Source: Selaginella moellendorffii
Taxonomy: Eukaryota; Plantae; Lycopodiophyta
Reading direction: 5' to 3'
Length of the DNA stretch: 64,000 nt
NCBI RefSeq assembly: GCF_000143415.4
Contig: NW_003314262.1
Coordinates: forward strand, 757,431 to 821,430
The notes beneath the pieces were generated by a model. The model had not been told where the DNA came from, ran no database searches, and worked only from the letters and a program-made list of their open reading frames with translations. The first letter of the stretch is position 1. Each line of letters opens with the position of its first letter. Shown here in pieces: positions 23,894 to 36,160 of this stretch. Position numbers and translations under genes: made by a program.

Positions 23894-25734
23894 CGTGGTG
23901 ATGGTTTGGAATATGAGGACACTCATATTTCGGTGGTCATGGACTCTCAGTGGGGAGACTGGTTTGGGCACACCGCCAAGTGAGGGATGCCTCGGAGTCG
24001 TGATGCACGGTTAAATCGCTTAGTGTGAAAGCTCAGCATATCTAACTTGAACACTTTGGTGCAAGTGGCACCAAGGTCGTGGTGAGTGAGATGGGGACAC
24101 CTAATCTCAGTTGCTATGAACCCTTGGCCGTAAGGGCTAGCTTGGGTGCACCGCCAAGTGTGGGGGATGCCCCCGGGGTTATAGTCAACAACTTGGAGGT
24201 CTAGAAAACCAAGTACCTCTTGGCAACTCTGTTAAGGTGCCAAGGTGAGATCACTAGGTGATCTTATGGCCAGATAAGGACAAGGTCCTTGGTTGGCTAA
24301 GGAATGAAGTTCCTAGTTCAAAATGTTGAAATTGAACTGTTTAAGGTGGTGTGGCTTGGTCGTGATAACTAAGTGGGAAGAGCACCTAAGGGAAATAAAC
24401 TATGTCCGTGCGATGGCATAGTGAGTCCGAGGAAAGTAGTCTCTATAAAAGACCCATGGGAGGGTCACGAAGTTGGGCCGTGGATAGAGCCCATAGCAGA
24501 AGATGCTAAAGAGACGTACTAGGGGTGAATGTCCTCCGGACTTGGCAAAGAAGAGTCTTTGCTATGGAACCAAAACAATACCTCAAGGAGGGAGGTAGAG
24601 ATTCGATGTTGCTTGGTGCAACAATCAACGGATAGGAGCAAAAGATGAGTGGCTAAGATAGGGCCGTGGAATCCCTTGGAAGGAATCCAAGTGACAAAGT
24701 TAGGCGAGGAACACTAATGTGTTGGACGCTAACAATGTAAGCGACTAAATTTTGCATTTTACTTTAGTCACTTAACCACACCTCTGACCACTTGGAGGAG
24801 TCTCATTGACAACCTCCATAAGTCCAACTCAGGACTTGGGGCTTGCTAGCCCCGAGAATGGCATCCATGCCACTCAACCTTAGCACTTGGTCCAAGTGCT
24901 CCACGTGTCCGATCCCATGATCGACACCCCAAGGTATCACCGACGTACCGGCTCGTTACGCTAAGGCCATGCCCATTTACCTTAGTCACACTGGTGGTCC
25001 AACACCACTTGCATCACCGTCTTGGCCCTCCAAGACTAGGCAAACCATCCGTGAGTGGTCATCTCAGATCCACTCCTTAGCATCCTTAGGATGCCCACCA
25101 ACAAGGGGAATAGCCTTCCCCAATATCCCTCTGTCAGTCCCCACTAAGTCCCTTTCTGCCCCTGGCCGTGTTTGCCAACACTGCCACTGGATCGAGACCC
25201 ACAGGCCCGACCACTAAGTCCCATGGTCCTCTGGGACTTCCTCACCACACGACTGTGTCCTTGGTCACTACCCCAGAGGACTGCTCCTCTTCCTTTCCAC
25301 AGTCTGGGCCTTTGGGACAACATTTCGGAACACCGTGGCCTTACGCGAGCCACCTGGGTACTCTTCTCGCCTTCTGCCCTTGGGTGCTCTAGCCATGGGC
25401 TTAGAGCGGGTTCCGTTGAGCCACACCAGGTATCCAAGTAGGTAGTGCCACCCACACTTGGACTGGGAGCATCGGCCAGTCGATCTCCCGGGGGAACTAG
25501 AGCCGGCTCTTGAACACTTCACCAAGCTACCCCACTTGTCGGTCTGTGTTCACTCTAGTCTTGGACTTCCCAGTGGGCAGCTCATCACCCAACACTGGGT
25601 CTGGCCTTCCTGGGCCAAACTGGCCTTTCCTGGCCAAACTGGCTCCACTGCAGTCCTCCCCCTACTATACTTTTGGAGCTCACCAAACCCCCCAGGGTCT
25701 GGGAGACGAACGCTTTGGGCTTTCACCCTCTCAG

Positions 25735-26372
25735 ACTCGAACTCGGACTCGGACTCGGACTCGGACTCGGGCTCAGGCTCGGGCTCGGTCTCGGCCTCGG
25801 CCTCGGTCTCGTTCTCGGTCCCGATCTCGGTCTCGGTCTCGGTCTCGGTCCCGGTCTGGGTCTCAACTTCGGACTCCATCTCGGACTCCATCTCGGACTC
25901 CATCTCGGGTCCATCTCGGACTCCATCTCGGGTCCATCTCGGACTCCATTTCGGGTCCATTTCGGGTCCATCTCGGGTCCATCTCGGACTCCATCTCGGA
26001 CTCCATTTCGGGTCCATCTGGGGTCCACCTCGGACTCCATTTCGGGTCCATCTCGGACTCCATCTCGGGTCCATCTCGGACTCCATCTTGGACTCCATTT
26101 CGGGTCCATCTCGGGTCCACCTCGGACTCCATCTCGGACTCCATTTCGGGTCCATCTCGGGTCCACCTCGGACTCCATCTCGGGTCCATCTCGGACTCCA
26201 CTTCAGACTCCAACTCGGGTCCATCTCGGACTCCACTTCGGACTCCAACTCGAGTCCATCTCGGACTCCACTTCGGACTCCAACTCGAGTCCATCTCGGA
26301 CTCCACTTTGGACTCCAACTCGAGTCCATCTCGGACTCCACTTCGGACTCCAACTCGAGTCCATCTCGGACA
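25735..26372. repeat. LTR-internal satellite: (GACTCG)n, (GGTCTC)n, 12-mer GGACTCCATCTC and a 36-mer higher-order unit
   Basis: Directly visible. Related arrays at 31706-32360, 33352-33718, 37465-37765, 42531-42750, 43716-44015, 48006-48320 and 63929-64000. Confidence 0.97.
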
Positions 26373-29300
26373 CTTCCACGTGTCATGTGTTGGTCCTTTT
26401 GGGTCCCTTTTTGGAGCCTCGCTTTTTGCTCGCTTCGTGCTCGTTCCTTGAGCACTTCTTTGGGAGTTCCACTCTCGCTCTTGACTTTTCAAGTCGGAGC
26501 TTTTGGTCCAAACGTGTTACGCTCGTTTGGCTCTCGCTTCGGCCACTACCACGTGGCACCCTTTCCGGCTCCACTTTGGGGCCTAGGGATTTTGTGTCTC
26601 ACAACTCCACCACCCATAGACGAAGTTCGATGTCCTCATCGAACGGTAAAACATTTCGTAAAGTAACACTCACATGTGTTATCATTTCCATCCTTGGCAC
26701 CTAGCCAATATTTGTCAATGGTTTGACATTGAAGGCTCACCATGCCTTTTGCATATGCCTCAATGGTTGACACCAAAGGCTCACCATGCATTGCCTATCT
26801 TCTAAGGAGGGTAGTCTCCCCAACTTAGAGACTGATTGGACCACATGTAGTGGTTTTCTCCTTTTATTGGTTTAGTTCTCGCTAAACCTCTTAAAGACCC
26901 TTCTCTAAGTCAATCCCACTACTCCTTGAGTAGTCTCAATTTCCTTCTAGTGAATGTTTGCACCTTGGAACTTTTACTCTTTTGACTTTTGGAAGTCAAT
27001 TTCCTAGGTGTCTCCAACACCTTGCATTGCACAGATTGTGCGACTCCACTTCCCTATCCTAGGAAGTTCATTACTTGAGGGCACCATCATCCTCTCTTTT
27101 ATTTCGTGCCACCTTGGGCACTAAGTTCCATTTATCACACTTTGTGCTAGGGTTGTCCATCGCCCTATCATTTGGCTACCTTACCGCTCCCTCCCTTGGA
27201 GCTTCCACTTTCGCCAAATCGGAGCAATTCGGAATCCATCCTTGGAAACACACTTCCTTTCCCACAATTTGTTAGCGTCCAACACATTAGTGTTCCTTGC
27301 CTAACTTTGTCACTTGGATTCCTTCCCAGGGATTCCACGGCCCTATCTTGGCCACTCATCTTTTGCTCCTATCCGTTGATTGTTGCACCAAGCAACATCG
27401 AATCTCTACCTCCCTCCTTGAGGTATACTTTTGATTCCATAGCAAAGGCTTTGCTTTGCCAAGACTAGGGTGTTCACCCCTAGTAAGTCTCTTTTAGCAT
27501 CTTCTACTGTGGGCTCTATCCTCGGCCCAACTTTGTGACTCTCTCATGGGTCTCTTTAGAGACTACTTTCCTTGGACACACTATGCCATCGCAATGACAT
27601 AGCTCATTTCCCTAAGGTGCTTTTCCCACTTGGTCACCTTGACCAAGCCACACCATCATCAATAGTTCAAATCAACACTTTGAACTAGGAACCTTATTCC
27701 TTAACCCAAACAAGGACCTTGTCCCTATTTAGCCACAAGATCACCTAGTGATCTCACCTCGGCACCTTAACAGGTTTGCCAATAAGTACTAGGTCTTCCA
27801 GACCTTTAACTTGTTAACTACGACCCCGGGGGCATCCCCCACACTTGGCGGTGTGCCCAAGCCAACCCTTCCGGCCAAGGGTCCATAGCAACTGAGATTA
27901 GGTGTCCCCATCTCACTCACCACGTCCTTGGTGCCACTTGCACCAAAGCGTTCAAGTTAGATATGCCGAGCTTTCACACTAAGCAATCTAACCGTGCATC
28001 ACGACTCCGAGGCATCCCTCACTTGGCGGTGTGCCCAAACCAGTCTCCCCACTGAGAGTCCATGACCACCGAAATAGGAGTGTCCTCATATTCCAAACCA
28101 TCACCACGCCCTAGTGATTTTGGACTCGAACCCAAGCACTAGAGGGTCGGGACTCGAACCCAACCTCCGTATATGCATCTACGGACGGCATCACACAAGA
28201 TGCCTGGCGTGACTCCCCACGCCAGTGCACCAACTTATTTTTAAAGCGCGCTACAGATCACAGTTTAGGAACCTAGTTCCTCCACACTGCCAAGTCCTCT
28301 CACTTGACATGTCTGTGATCATGCATGGACTCCTCCATGCTTGGCCCCATGGCCCACCCTTTTTGAAGTTATCACCTTCAACTAGGGTATTTGTTCCCCC
28401 GACGTGCCAATCTCGCTTGGCAAGTCCTCCGACCACGGTAACATGGTTCCTGCATAAGCGTGAAAGTCCTTGACCATCGACTTTCGTTCAAAGCTCTCTC
28501 TTTGAACACTCGGGAACTACTTCCCTAACCTTGATAGCCTTGCCTTATGGCAAGCTTCAAGACCACGCTTCTGCTGTGCCACTCTGATTTCGCGCGTTCC
28601 ATGAACCATTTACACTTGGCCTTTCTAGGTACTAAGCTACCTGGAATCGTCTTTGGGAACCTTGAAGGAACTCTGTCCCTCAGCTTGCTAAGGCCTCCCT
28701 TTTTGCAAGCCTTCAAAATGCCACATAGTCTAACATGGACAATTCCATATTTTAGACTCTCCATGGCATCACGGTTGCTAGCGGCAACACCCTTGAGCCC
28801 CCACTTAATTCTCCACTCCCAGCTGGCATAACCAACCTTGGTTATGCCCTTTGATTCCTATGGTTCGGTTCTATCCCCTTACTCCTTGCTTTTTGGCTTC
28901 ACACCTTTCCTTTGGTCATTCTCCTCCAGACCAGGAGGATAGCTTTGCACTTTCTATCACGCTTTAGCAAGTATTCTTAGGGATGAACCTACCCAGTAGC
29001 CTAGGGAGTGGTTCCTCAATCCGGGTATGCTCACCTTATAATCCCACACACTGGGATTACATTGTTGCTTATGGGCCTTTATATGCCCATCACTAGCCTT
29101 GCCAAAATTCCATTTTTGGCTTTGTCCAACTCGGGTAGACAGTCCTCTCCTGTCTCCGCAACCTTGGACATTTGGATAGCACCTTCTATCTATCATTCGC
29201 TAGGGACTTAGTCCCTTGGGCTTTATCCATTGCCCTCGCGACATCAAACACCACCTTCTGGTGTTCTAGAGTGTCCGGGTGTCCCAATGATGGCTTTCTT

Positions 29301-31919
29301 GACAACGAGTATTTCCTTTTATGACATTGACTTACTATATCGCAACACAAGCAACTTATCCCCCGTAAGGGTATATCCAACTTCCTTATGCTATTAAGAA
29401 GTCTTGGGTAGCTACCTTCTACCCGTTTAACCAGTTATTTTGCACCTCTGGCTTAGTTGCCTCATAGTTGTCAAGTCCTACAACTCATTGCTTGGTGCTT
29501 TCACACCTCCATCATTATCTGGGTCACCACACTCCAATTGCATGCTCTGCAGCTTAGGCTATGCCATTCCCATTTCCATTGGGATTCCTTTGGCAAGGGG
29601 TTCTCATGAACCCACCAACATAGCCTTAAGGTATCACACCTTGGCACATTTGGTGTCTCCACACCATCGGCTCCACGAGCCTACCTCTATGACATTTCCC
29701 CTTCGTGTCTAAGTCTTTGCCAAGACCAACACCGCTCTTTCTCATGCCAACCATCCATTAGCACTGCCCTATAGAGGTTATACACAACTTTATGTCAAAG
29801 TTGTTTTCTTCTGGGAACACCTTTCCCATAACTTTAGCATGGCACATTTTGCCATCAATGAGATACCCTCTGTTCTCATCCTTGGATCCTATGATCCCCC
29901 CCCATCCTTTGTGCGGTACAACACACCTCAGTCCAAATGCTTCCATCAGTCCTTTTAGGACCATCCCTTGACTCTACTTGAGTCATCCAGCAGTTTTGGA
30001 CTTGGTTAATCCACAGACCTGTAAGGTCCTACTTGTGAGGCACTAGCTCACTGGAATACACTTCTTGCATTCCTGTCCTACTCAAAAGGACTATTTTCAC
30101 AAGTGTTACTCCGACACTTGATTTTGTTCTCTGGGCAACCTTTGCCCCTTAGGACTACTTGTCCATGTGATGAGAATACCAACTCATCTCTAAGTACACC
30201 CCCCAATTCCTTGGGTTTTTCCAGCATTTATTAAAGGTAGCCCCGGCTACCACTTCAAGGACTTGAGTCCTCTTCCGTATTTGACCTCCCACAGTCATTA
30301 CCTTTGGTCTCACATTCATGAGCACCAACCTCAACTATATGAGGATAATCTTGTGACTCCTTTATTGTTTTGGAGTCTCTATCTTTCCCGTGATCCCAAC
30401 TTTAGTTGTTTACCACAACAACCTTAGCCAATTTGCTGAGACAAATGCTCATCCGGATCACATCCTCAACTCAATGAGGAAAACCTTGCACTGTTCCCAA
30501 GATCCCAAAGTCGTTCCATTATTGGCCCTTTTCTATCCACCACCTCGTCTACAAGTTCACACATGAATTGTAATGGAGAGCCATGTCTTCCCGACTTGCT
30601 ACTCCTCAAGGATAGGCCCACTCCTCGGACCTTCCGATGCCAACACTAGTGGTGATATACTTGAGCACCAATAAAAGTCAGACTAAGGAACAGCTCCGAT
30701 ACCAAATTGTAAGCGACTAAATTTTGCATTTTACTTTAGTCACTTAACCACACCTCTGACCACTTGGAGGAGTCTCATTGACAACCTCCATAAGTCCAAC
30801 TCAGGACTTGGGGCTTGCTAGCCCCGAGAATGGCATCCATGCCACTCAACCTTAGCACTTGGTCCAAGTGCTCCACGTGTCCGATCCCATGATCGACACC
30901 CCAAGGTATCACCGACGTACCGGCCCGTTACGCTAAGGCCATGCCCATTTACCTTAGTCACACTGGTGGTCCAACACCACTTGCATCACCGTCTTGGCCC
31001 TCCAAGAGTAGGCAAACCATCCGTGAGTGGTCATCTCAGATCCACTCCTTAGCATCCTTAGGATGCCCACCAACAAGGGGAATAGCCTTCCCCAATATCC
31101 CTCTGTCAGTCCCCACTAAGTCCCTTTCTGCCCCTGGCCGTGTTTGCCAACACTGCCACTGGATCGAGACCCACAGGCCCGACCACTAAGTCCCATGGTC
31201 CTCTGGGACTTCCTCACCACACGACTGTGTCCTTGGTCACTACCCCAGAGGACTGCTCCTCTTCCTTTCCACAGTCTGGGCCTTTGGGACAACATTTCGG
31301 AACACCGTGGCCTTACGCGAGCCACCTGGGTACTCTCCTCGCCTTCTGCCCTTGGGTGCTCTAGCCATGGGCTTAGAGCGGGTTCCGTTGAGCCACACCA
31401 GGTATCCAAGTAGGTAGTGCCACCCACACTTGGACTGGGAGCATCGGCCAGTCGATCTCCCGGGGGAACTAGAGCCGGCTCTTGAACACTTCACCAAGCT
31501 ACCCCACTTGTCGGTCTGTGTTCACTCTAGTCTTGGACTTCCCAGTGGGCAGCTCATCACCCAACACTGGGTCTGGCCTTCCTGGGCCAAACTGGCCTTT
31601 CCTGGCCAAACTGGCTCCACTGCAGTCCTCCCCCTACTATACTTTTGGAGCTCACCAAACCCCCCAGGGTCTGGGAGACGAACGCTTTGGGCTTTCACCC
31701 TCTCAGACTCGAACTCGGACTCGGACTCGGACTCGGACTCGGACTCGGACTCGGACTCGGGCTCGGGCTCGGGCTCGGTCTCGGCCTCGGCCTCGGTCTC
31801 GTTCTCGGTCCCAATCTCGGTCTCGGTCTCGGTCTCGGTCCCGGTCTCGGTCTCAACTTTGGACTCCATCTCGGACTCCATCTCGGACTCCATCTCGGAC
31901 TCCATCTCGGACTCCATCT

Positions 31920-32019
31920 NNNNNNNNNNNNNNNNNNNNNNNNNNNNNNNNNNNNNNNNNNNNNNNNNNNNNNNNNNNNNNNNNNNNNNNNNNNNNNNNN
32001 NNNNNNNNNNNNNNNNNNN
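31920..32019. other. Assembly gap inside LTR satellite
   Basis: 100 N. Confidence 1.
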
Positions 32020-34850
32020 GTCCACCTCGGACTCCATCTCGGACTCCATCTCGGACTCCATCTCGGACTCCATCTCGGGTCCATCTCGGACTCCACTTCG
32101 GACTCCAACTCGGGTCCATCTCGGGTCCACCTCGGACTCCACTTCGGACTCCATCTCGCACTCCATCTCGGGTCCATCTCGGACTCCACTTCAGACTCCA
32201 ACTCGGGTCCATCTCGGACTCCACTTCGGACTCCAACTCGAGTCCATCTCGGACTCCACTTCGGACTCCAACTCGAGTCCATCTCGGACTCCACTTTGGA
32301 CTCCAACTCGAGTCCATCTCGGACTCCACTTCGGACTCCAACTCGAGTCCATCTCGGACACTTCCACGTGTCATGTGTTGGTCCTTTTGGGTCCCTTTTT
32401 GGAGCCTCGCTTTTTGCTCGCTTTGTGCTCGTTCCTTGAGCACTTCTTTGGGAGTTCCACTCCCGCTCTTGACTTTTCAAGTCGGAGCTTTTGGTCCAAA
32501 CGTGTTACGCTCGTTTGGCTCTCGCTTCGGCCACTACCACGTGGCACCCTTTCCGGCTCCACTTTGGGGCCTAGGGATTTTGTGTCTCACAAACAAGTTG
32601 CGGGAAAGGAAGTGTGTTTCCAAGGAGGGATTCCGAAATGCTCCGAGTTGGCGAAAGTGGAAGCTCCAAGGGAGGGAGCGGTAAGGTAGCCAAATGATAG
32701 GGCCATGAACAGCCCTAGCACAAAGCATGATAACTGGAACTTTGGCACGAAATAGAAGAGAGGATGATGGTGCCCTCGAGTAGAGAACTTCCTAGGATGG
32801 GAAGTGGAGTTGCACAAAAGGTGCAAGGCAAGGTGTCGGAGACACCTAGGAAATTGACTCCAAGAAGTCAAAAATTCAAAGTTCCAAAGTGCAAAGGTTA
32901 TATCGATGGAAATTGAGACTACTCGAGGAGTAGTGGGATTGACTTAGAGAAAGGTCTCTAAGAGGTTTAGCGAGAACTAAACCAATAAAAGGATGAACCA
33001 TTACATGTGGTCCAATCAGTCTCTAAATTGGAGAGACTACGCTCCTTAAAGGATGGACAAGGCATGGTGAGCCTTTGATGTCAAACCATAGACAAAGATT
33101 GGCTAGGTGCCAAAGATGGAAATGGTAACACATGTGGGTGTTACTTTATGAAAGGGTTTACCGTTCGATGAGGACATCGAACTTCGTCTATGGGTGGTGG
33201 AGTTGTGAGACACAAAATCCCTAGGCCCCAAAGTGGAGCTGGAAGGGCGCCACATGGTAGTGGCCGAAGCGAGAGCCAAACGAGCGTAACACGTTTGGAC
33301 CAAAAGCTCCAAAAAAGGACCCAAAAGGACCAACATATGACACGTGGGAGTGTCCGAGATGGACTGGAGATGGAGTCCGAGATGGAGTCCGAGATGGACC
33401 CGAGATGGAGTCCGAGATGGAGTCCGAGATGGAGTCCGAGGTGGACCCGAGATGGACCCGAGATGGAGTCCGAGATGGAGTTCGAGATGGAGTCCGAGAT
33501 GGAGTCCGAGATGGAGTCCGAGATGGACCCGAGATGGAGTCCGAGATGGAGTCCGAGATGGAGTCCGAAGTCGAGACCGAGACCGGAACCGAGACCGGGA
33601 CGGAGACCGAGACCGAGACCGAGGCCGAGGCCAAGACCGAGCCCGAGCCCGAGTCCGAGTCCGAATCCGAGTCCGAGTCCGAGTCCGAGTCCGAGTCTGA
33701 GTCCGAGTCCGAGTCCGGAGCCTGAGAGGGTGAAAGCCCAAAGCGTTCGTCTCCCAGACCCTGGGGGGTTTGGTGAGCTCCAAAAGTATAGTAGGGGGAG
33801 GACTGCAGTGGAGCCAGTTTGGCCAGGAAAGGCCAGTTTGGCCAGGAAAGGCCAGTTTGGCCCAGGAAGGCCAGACCCAGTGTTGGGTGATGAACTGACC
33901 ACTGGGAAGTCCAAGACTAGAGTGAATATGGACCGACAAGCGGGGTAGCTTGGTGAAGTGTTCAAGAGCCGGCTCTAGTTCCCCCGGGAGATCGACTGGC
34001 CGATGCTCCCAGTCCAAGTGTGGGTGGCACTACCTACTTGGATACCAAGCGTGGCTCAATGGATCCTCGCTCTAAGCCCATGGCTAGAGCACCTAAAGGC
34101 GATAGGTGGGGAGAGTACCCAGGTGGCTCGCGTAAGGCCACGGTGTTCCGAAATGTTGTCCCAAAGGCCCAGACTATGGAAAGGAAGAGGAGCAGTCCTC
34201 TGGGGTAGTGACTAAGGACACAGTCATGTGGTGAGGAAGTCCTAGAGGACCGTGGGACTTAGTGGTCGGGCCTGTGGGCCTCGATCCAGTGGCAGTGTTG
34301 GCAAACACGGCCAGGGGCAGAAAGGGACTTGGTAGGAACTGACAAAGGGACTTTGGGGAAGGCAATTCCCCAGGTCTGTGGGCATCCTAAGGATGCTAAG
34401 GAGTGGATCTAGGATGACCACTCGTGGACACATGGCCCAGTCTTGGAGAGATGAGGTGGTGATGCAAGTGGTGTTGAACCACTAGTGCAACAAAGGTGAA
34501 TGGGCATGGCCTTAGCGTAACGGGCCGAGATGTCAGTGGTACCTTTGGGTGTCGGTCTCAGGACCGGACACGTGGAGCACTTGGACCAGGTGCAAGTGTG
34601 GAGTGGCATGGATGCCATTCTTGGGGCTAGCAAGTCCCAAGTCCTGAATTGGACTGATGGAGGTTGTGAATGAGACTCCTCCAAGTGGTTGGAGGTGTGA
34701 TTAAGTGACTAAAGTAGAATGGAAAATTTAGTCGCTTACAGCTACACTCCCCGCAGATACAAGCAGCCAAGCACACTAAGCTTCTAAGTTCCTAACATCC
34801 TTTGGTACAACAAAACTTAATCATAGTTCCCTTTAAATCTCAAGCTTTAA

Positions 34851-35137
34851 ATGCTTTATTTCGTTAAAGTGGGACTTATGCAGTAAAGTGGGACATTAAT
34901 TAGCATGTGTCCACATGCCATTTCCTAGTACTTAATTAATATTTATTAATTTTTCTATCAGTTTTTTAATTTATTTTTTATATTTCACAATATTATAACA
35001 CAAAATCATATGAAAAGTTTTTAATTTATAAATTATAAAGTTAAAACTTCAATTTTTTATTGTTGTTATAAAAATGGCATGTGGCCACACACCATAAGTG
35101 GGATAATGAAAAGTCCCACTTTAACGAAATAAAGCAT
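34851..35137. mobile_element. MITE, 287 bp, 27-bp perfect TIR ATGCTTTATTTCGTTAAAGTGGGACTT, 4-bp TSD TTAA
   Basis: Terminal inverted repeats, AT-rich core and subterminal inverted repeat (ccacatgccattt/aaatggcatgtgg). The empty site is visible in the paralogous LTR at 42111-42125. A second copy lies at 62274-62560. Confidence 0.93.
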
Positions 35138-35444
35138 TTAAGTGCAACACTTGCTTTAGGATATTGGGGGGAAACACTATAGTCTAACAGCTTGGTATAA
35201 GTACCCCTACTCCCCCACTTCCATCCCAAAGGAAAGGCCCAAACCCCTAGGAAGAGTGAGGACCAATGAGTTGCAAGGTACTCAAGTGGGGCACCACTCC
35301 ACATGAGTTGGGAGCAGCACAGTTGGTTTCCCTTTCAGAAGTGGGAGCTACTCTTGAGCACTTCTTTGGGTAGTCCTTTTGACACCACCCGAGTCCATGC
35401 TCACTCCCACCTAAAGCCCTTAAACCCCAGCCCTAGCCTCAACC

Positions 35445-36039
35445 TGTAAGCTCCCTGAATTTGGACTTCCCGGGAGGTCACCCAGCCCAGTACTATTCAA
35501 ACCCAAGGACGCTTAACTCCAACTATCCCAAGACCCTTAACCGATTGGAAAAGGGGGTGCACTCTTGTTCATGGGCCCTTTCCCTCTATATTTGAACCCC
35601 ATGGATCGTCTCTCAAGTCGTTCCCTTTGGTTGCTTACAATCCACCACGCTTCCCTGCAAGTTCACGCCCTCGTGAACGGAAGCTGAGAGCCGCAGCTCT
35701 CCCGAGAGCCCCGCTCTCTTGACACCCTACCCCTCGGGTCGAGCCCAACGGGAGCAAACTGGACCAGCCAAATGTCAATCAACATGTGGTGTGATTCCCT
35801 TAGCCAACCAACAGAGTCGGACCCGAGACCGCTCCGATACCAAATGTAAGCTCCCTAAATTTGGACTTCCCGGGAGGTCACCCAGCCCAGTACTATTCAA
35901 ACCCAAGGACGCTTAACTCCAACTATCCCAAGACCCTTAACCGATTGGAAAAGGGGGTGCACTCTTGTTCATGGGCCCTTTCCCTCTATATTTGAACCCC
36001 ATGGATCGTCTCTCAAGTCGTTCCCTTTGGTTGCTTACA
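35445..36039 (-). mobile_element. Intact Cassandra-type TRIM, 595 bp, with 5S rRNA A/IE/C boxes in both 195-bp LTRs
   Basis: LTRs 35445-35639 and 35845-36039 differ by one visible base, with TGTAAGC...GCTTACA ends and TSD CAACC. PBS TGGTATCGGAGC, PPT GGGAAGCGTGGTGGAT. The minus strand of 35463-35518 reads AGTTAAGCGTCCTTGGGTTTGAATAGTACTGGGCTGGGTGACCTCCCGGGAAGTCC, the 5S rRNA internal control region. Confidence 0.95.
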
Positions 36040-36160
36040 CAACCTCAAGTCAATTTGGAAGCACCATTGGAGAGTTCCTTCAAGATTGGTTTATGGACTT
36101 CACTATCCCTACTATACTTTTGGAACCCCCTCCCCCCCACCCACCCCACCCCACCCCACA

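Larger units (their letters stand above)
24736..32591 (-). mobile_element. Family A intact non-autonomous LTR retroelement A1 (LARD-like): LTRs 24736-26603 and 30708-32591, 4.1-kb non-coding interior
   Basis: Near-identical TG...CA LTRs, 5-bp TSD AACAA (24731-35 and 32592-96), Met-type PBS at 30692-30707 and PPT at 26604-26617 on the minus strand. No RT/IN motifs. Confidence 0.95.
21089..34740 (+). mobile_element. Family A non-autonomous LTR element copy A2 (LARD-like): deleted/chimeric 5' LTR 21089-21427, 3' LTR 33204-34740; host of A1
   Basis: PBS TGGTATCGGAGC follows 21427 and PPT ATGGGTGGTGGAGT precedes TGTGAG at 33204. 21283-21427 is essentially identical to 34595-34740. The internal region has no gag/pol motifs. 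Confidence 0.88.
34741..36160 (-). mobile_element. Partial family B LTR carrying MITE and Cassandra insertions
   Basis: Colinear with 42017-42520 once the 34851-35137 and 35445-36039 insertions are removed. Confidence 0.85.

Noticed and set aside
26180-26372. CRISPR-like 36-bp periodicity
   Set aside because: The units are tandem with no unique spacers, the context is eukaryotic, and there are no cas genes.
25458-26704. Overlapping 200-400 aa ORFs on both strands (also 31430-32689, 33103-34017, 43581-44188, 37390-37814, 47957-48327)
   Set aside because: They arise because the LTR hexamer and 12-mer satellite lacks stop codons in most frames. The products are low-complexity (SDSD, RTRT, LGLG) and not real genes.
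35463-35518. 5S rRNA gene
   Set aside because: Only the internal promoter half of 5S is present and it lies inside TRIM LTRs, so it is not a complete 120-nt gene.
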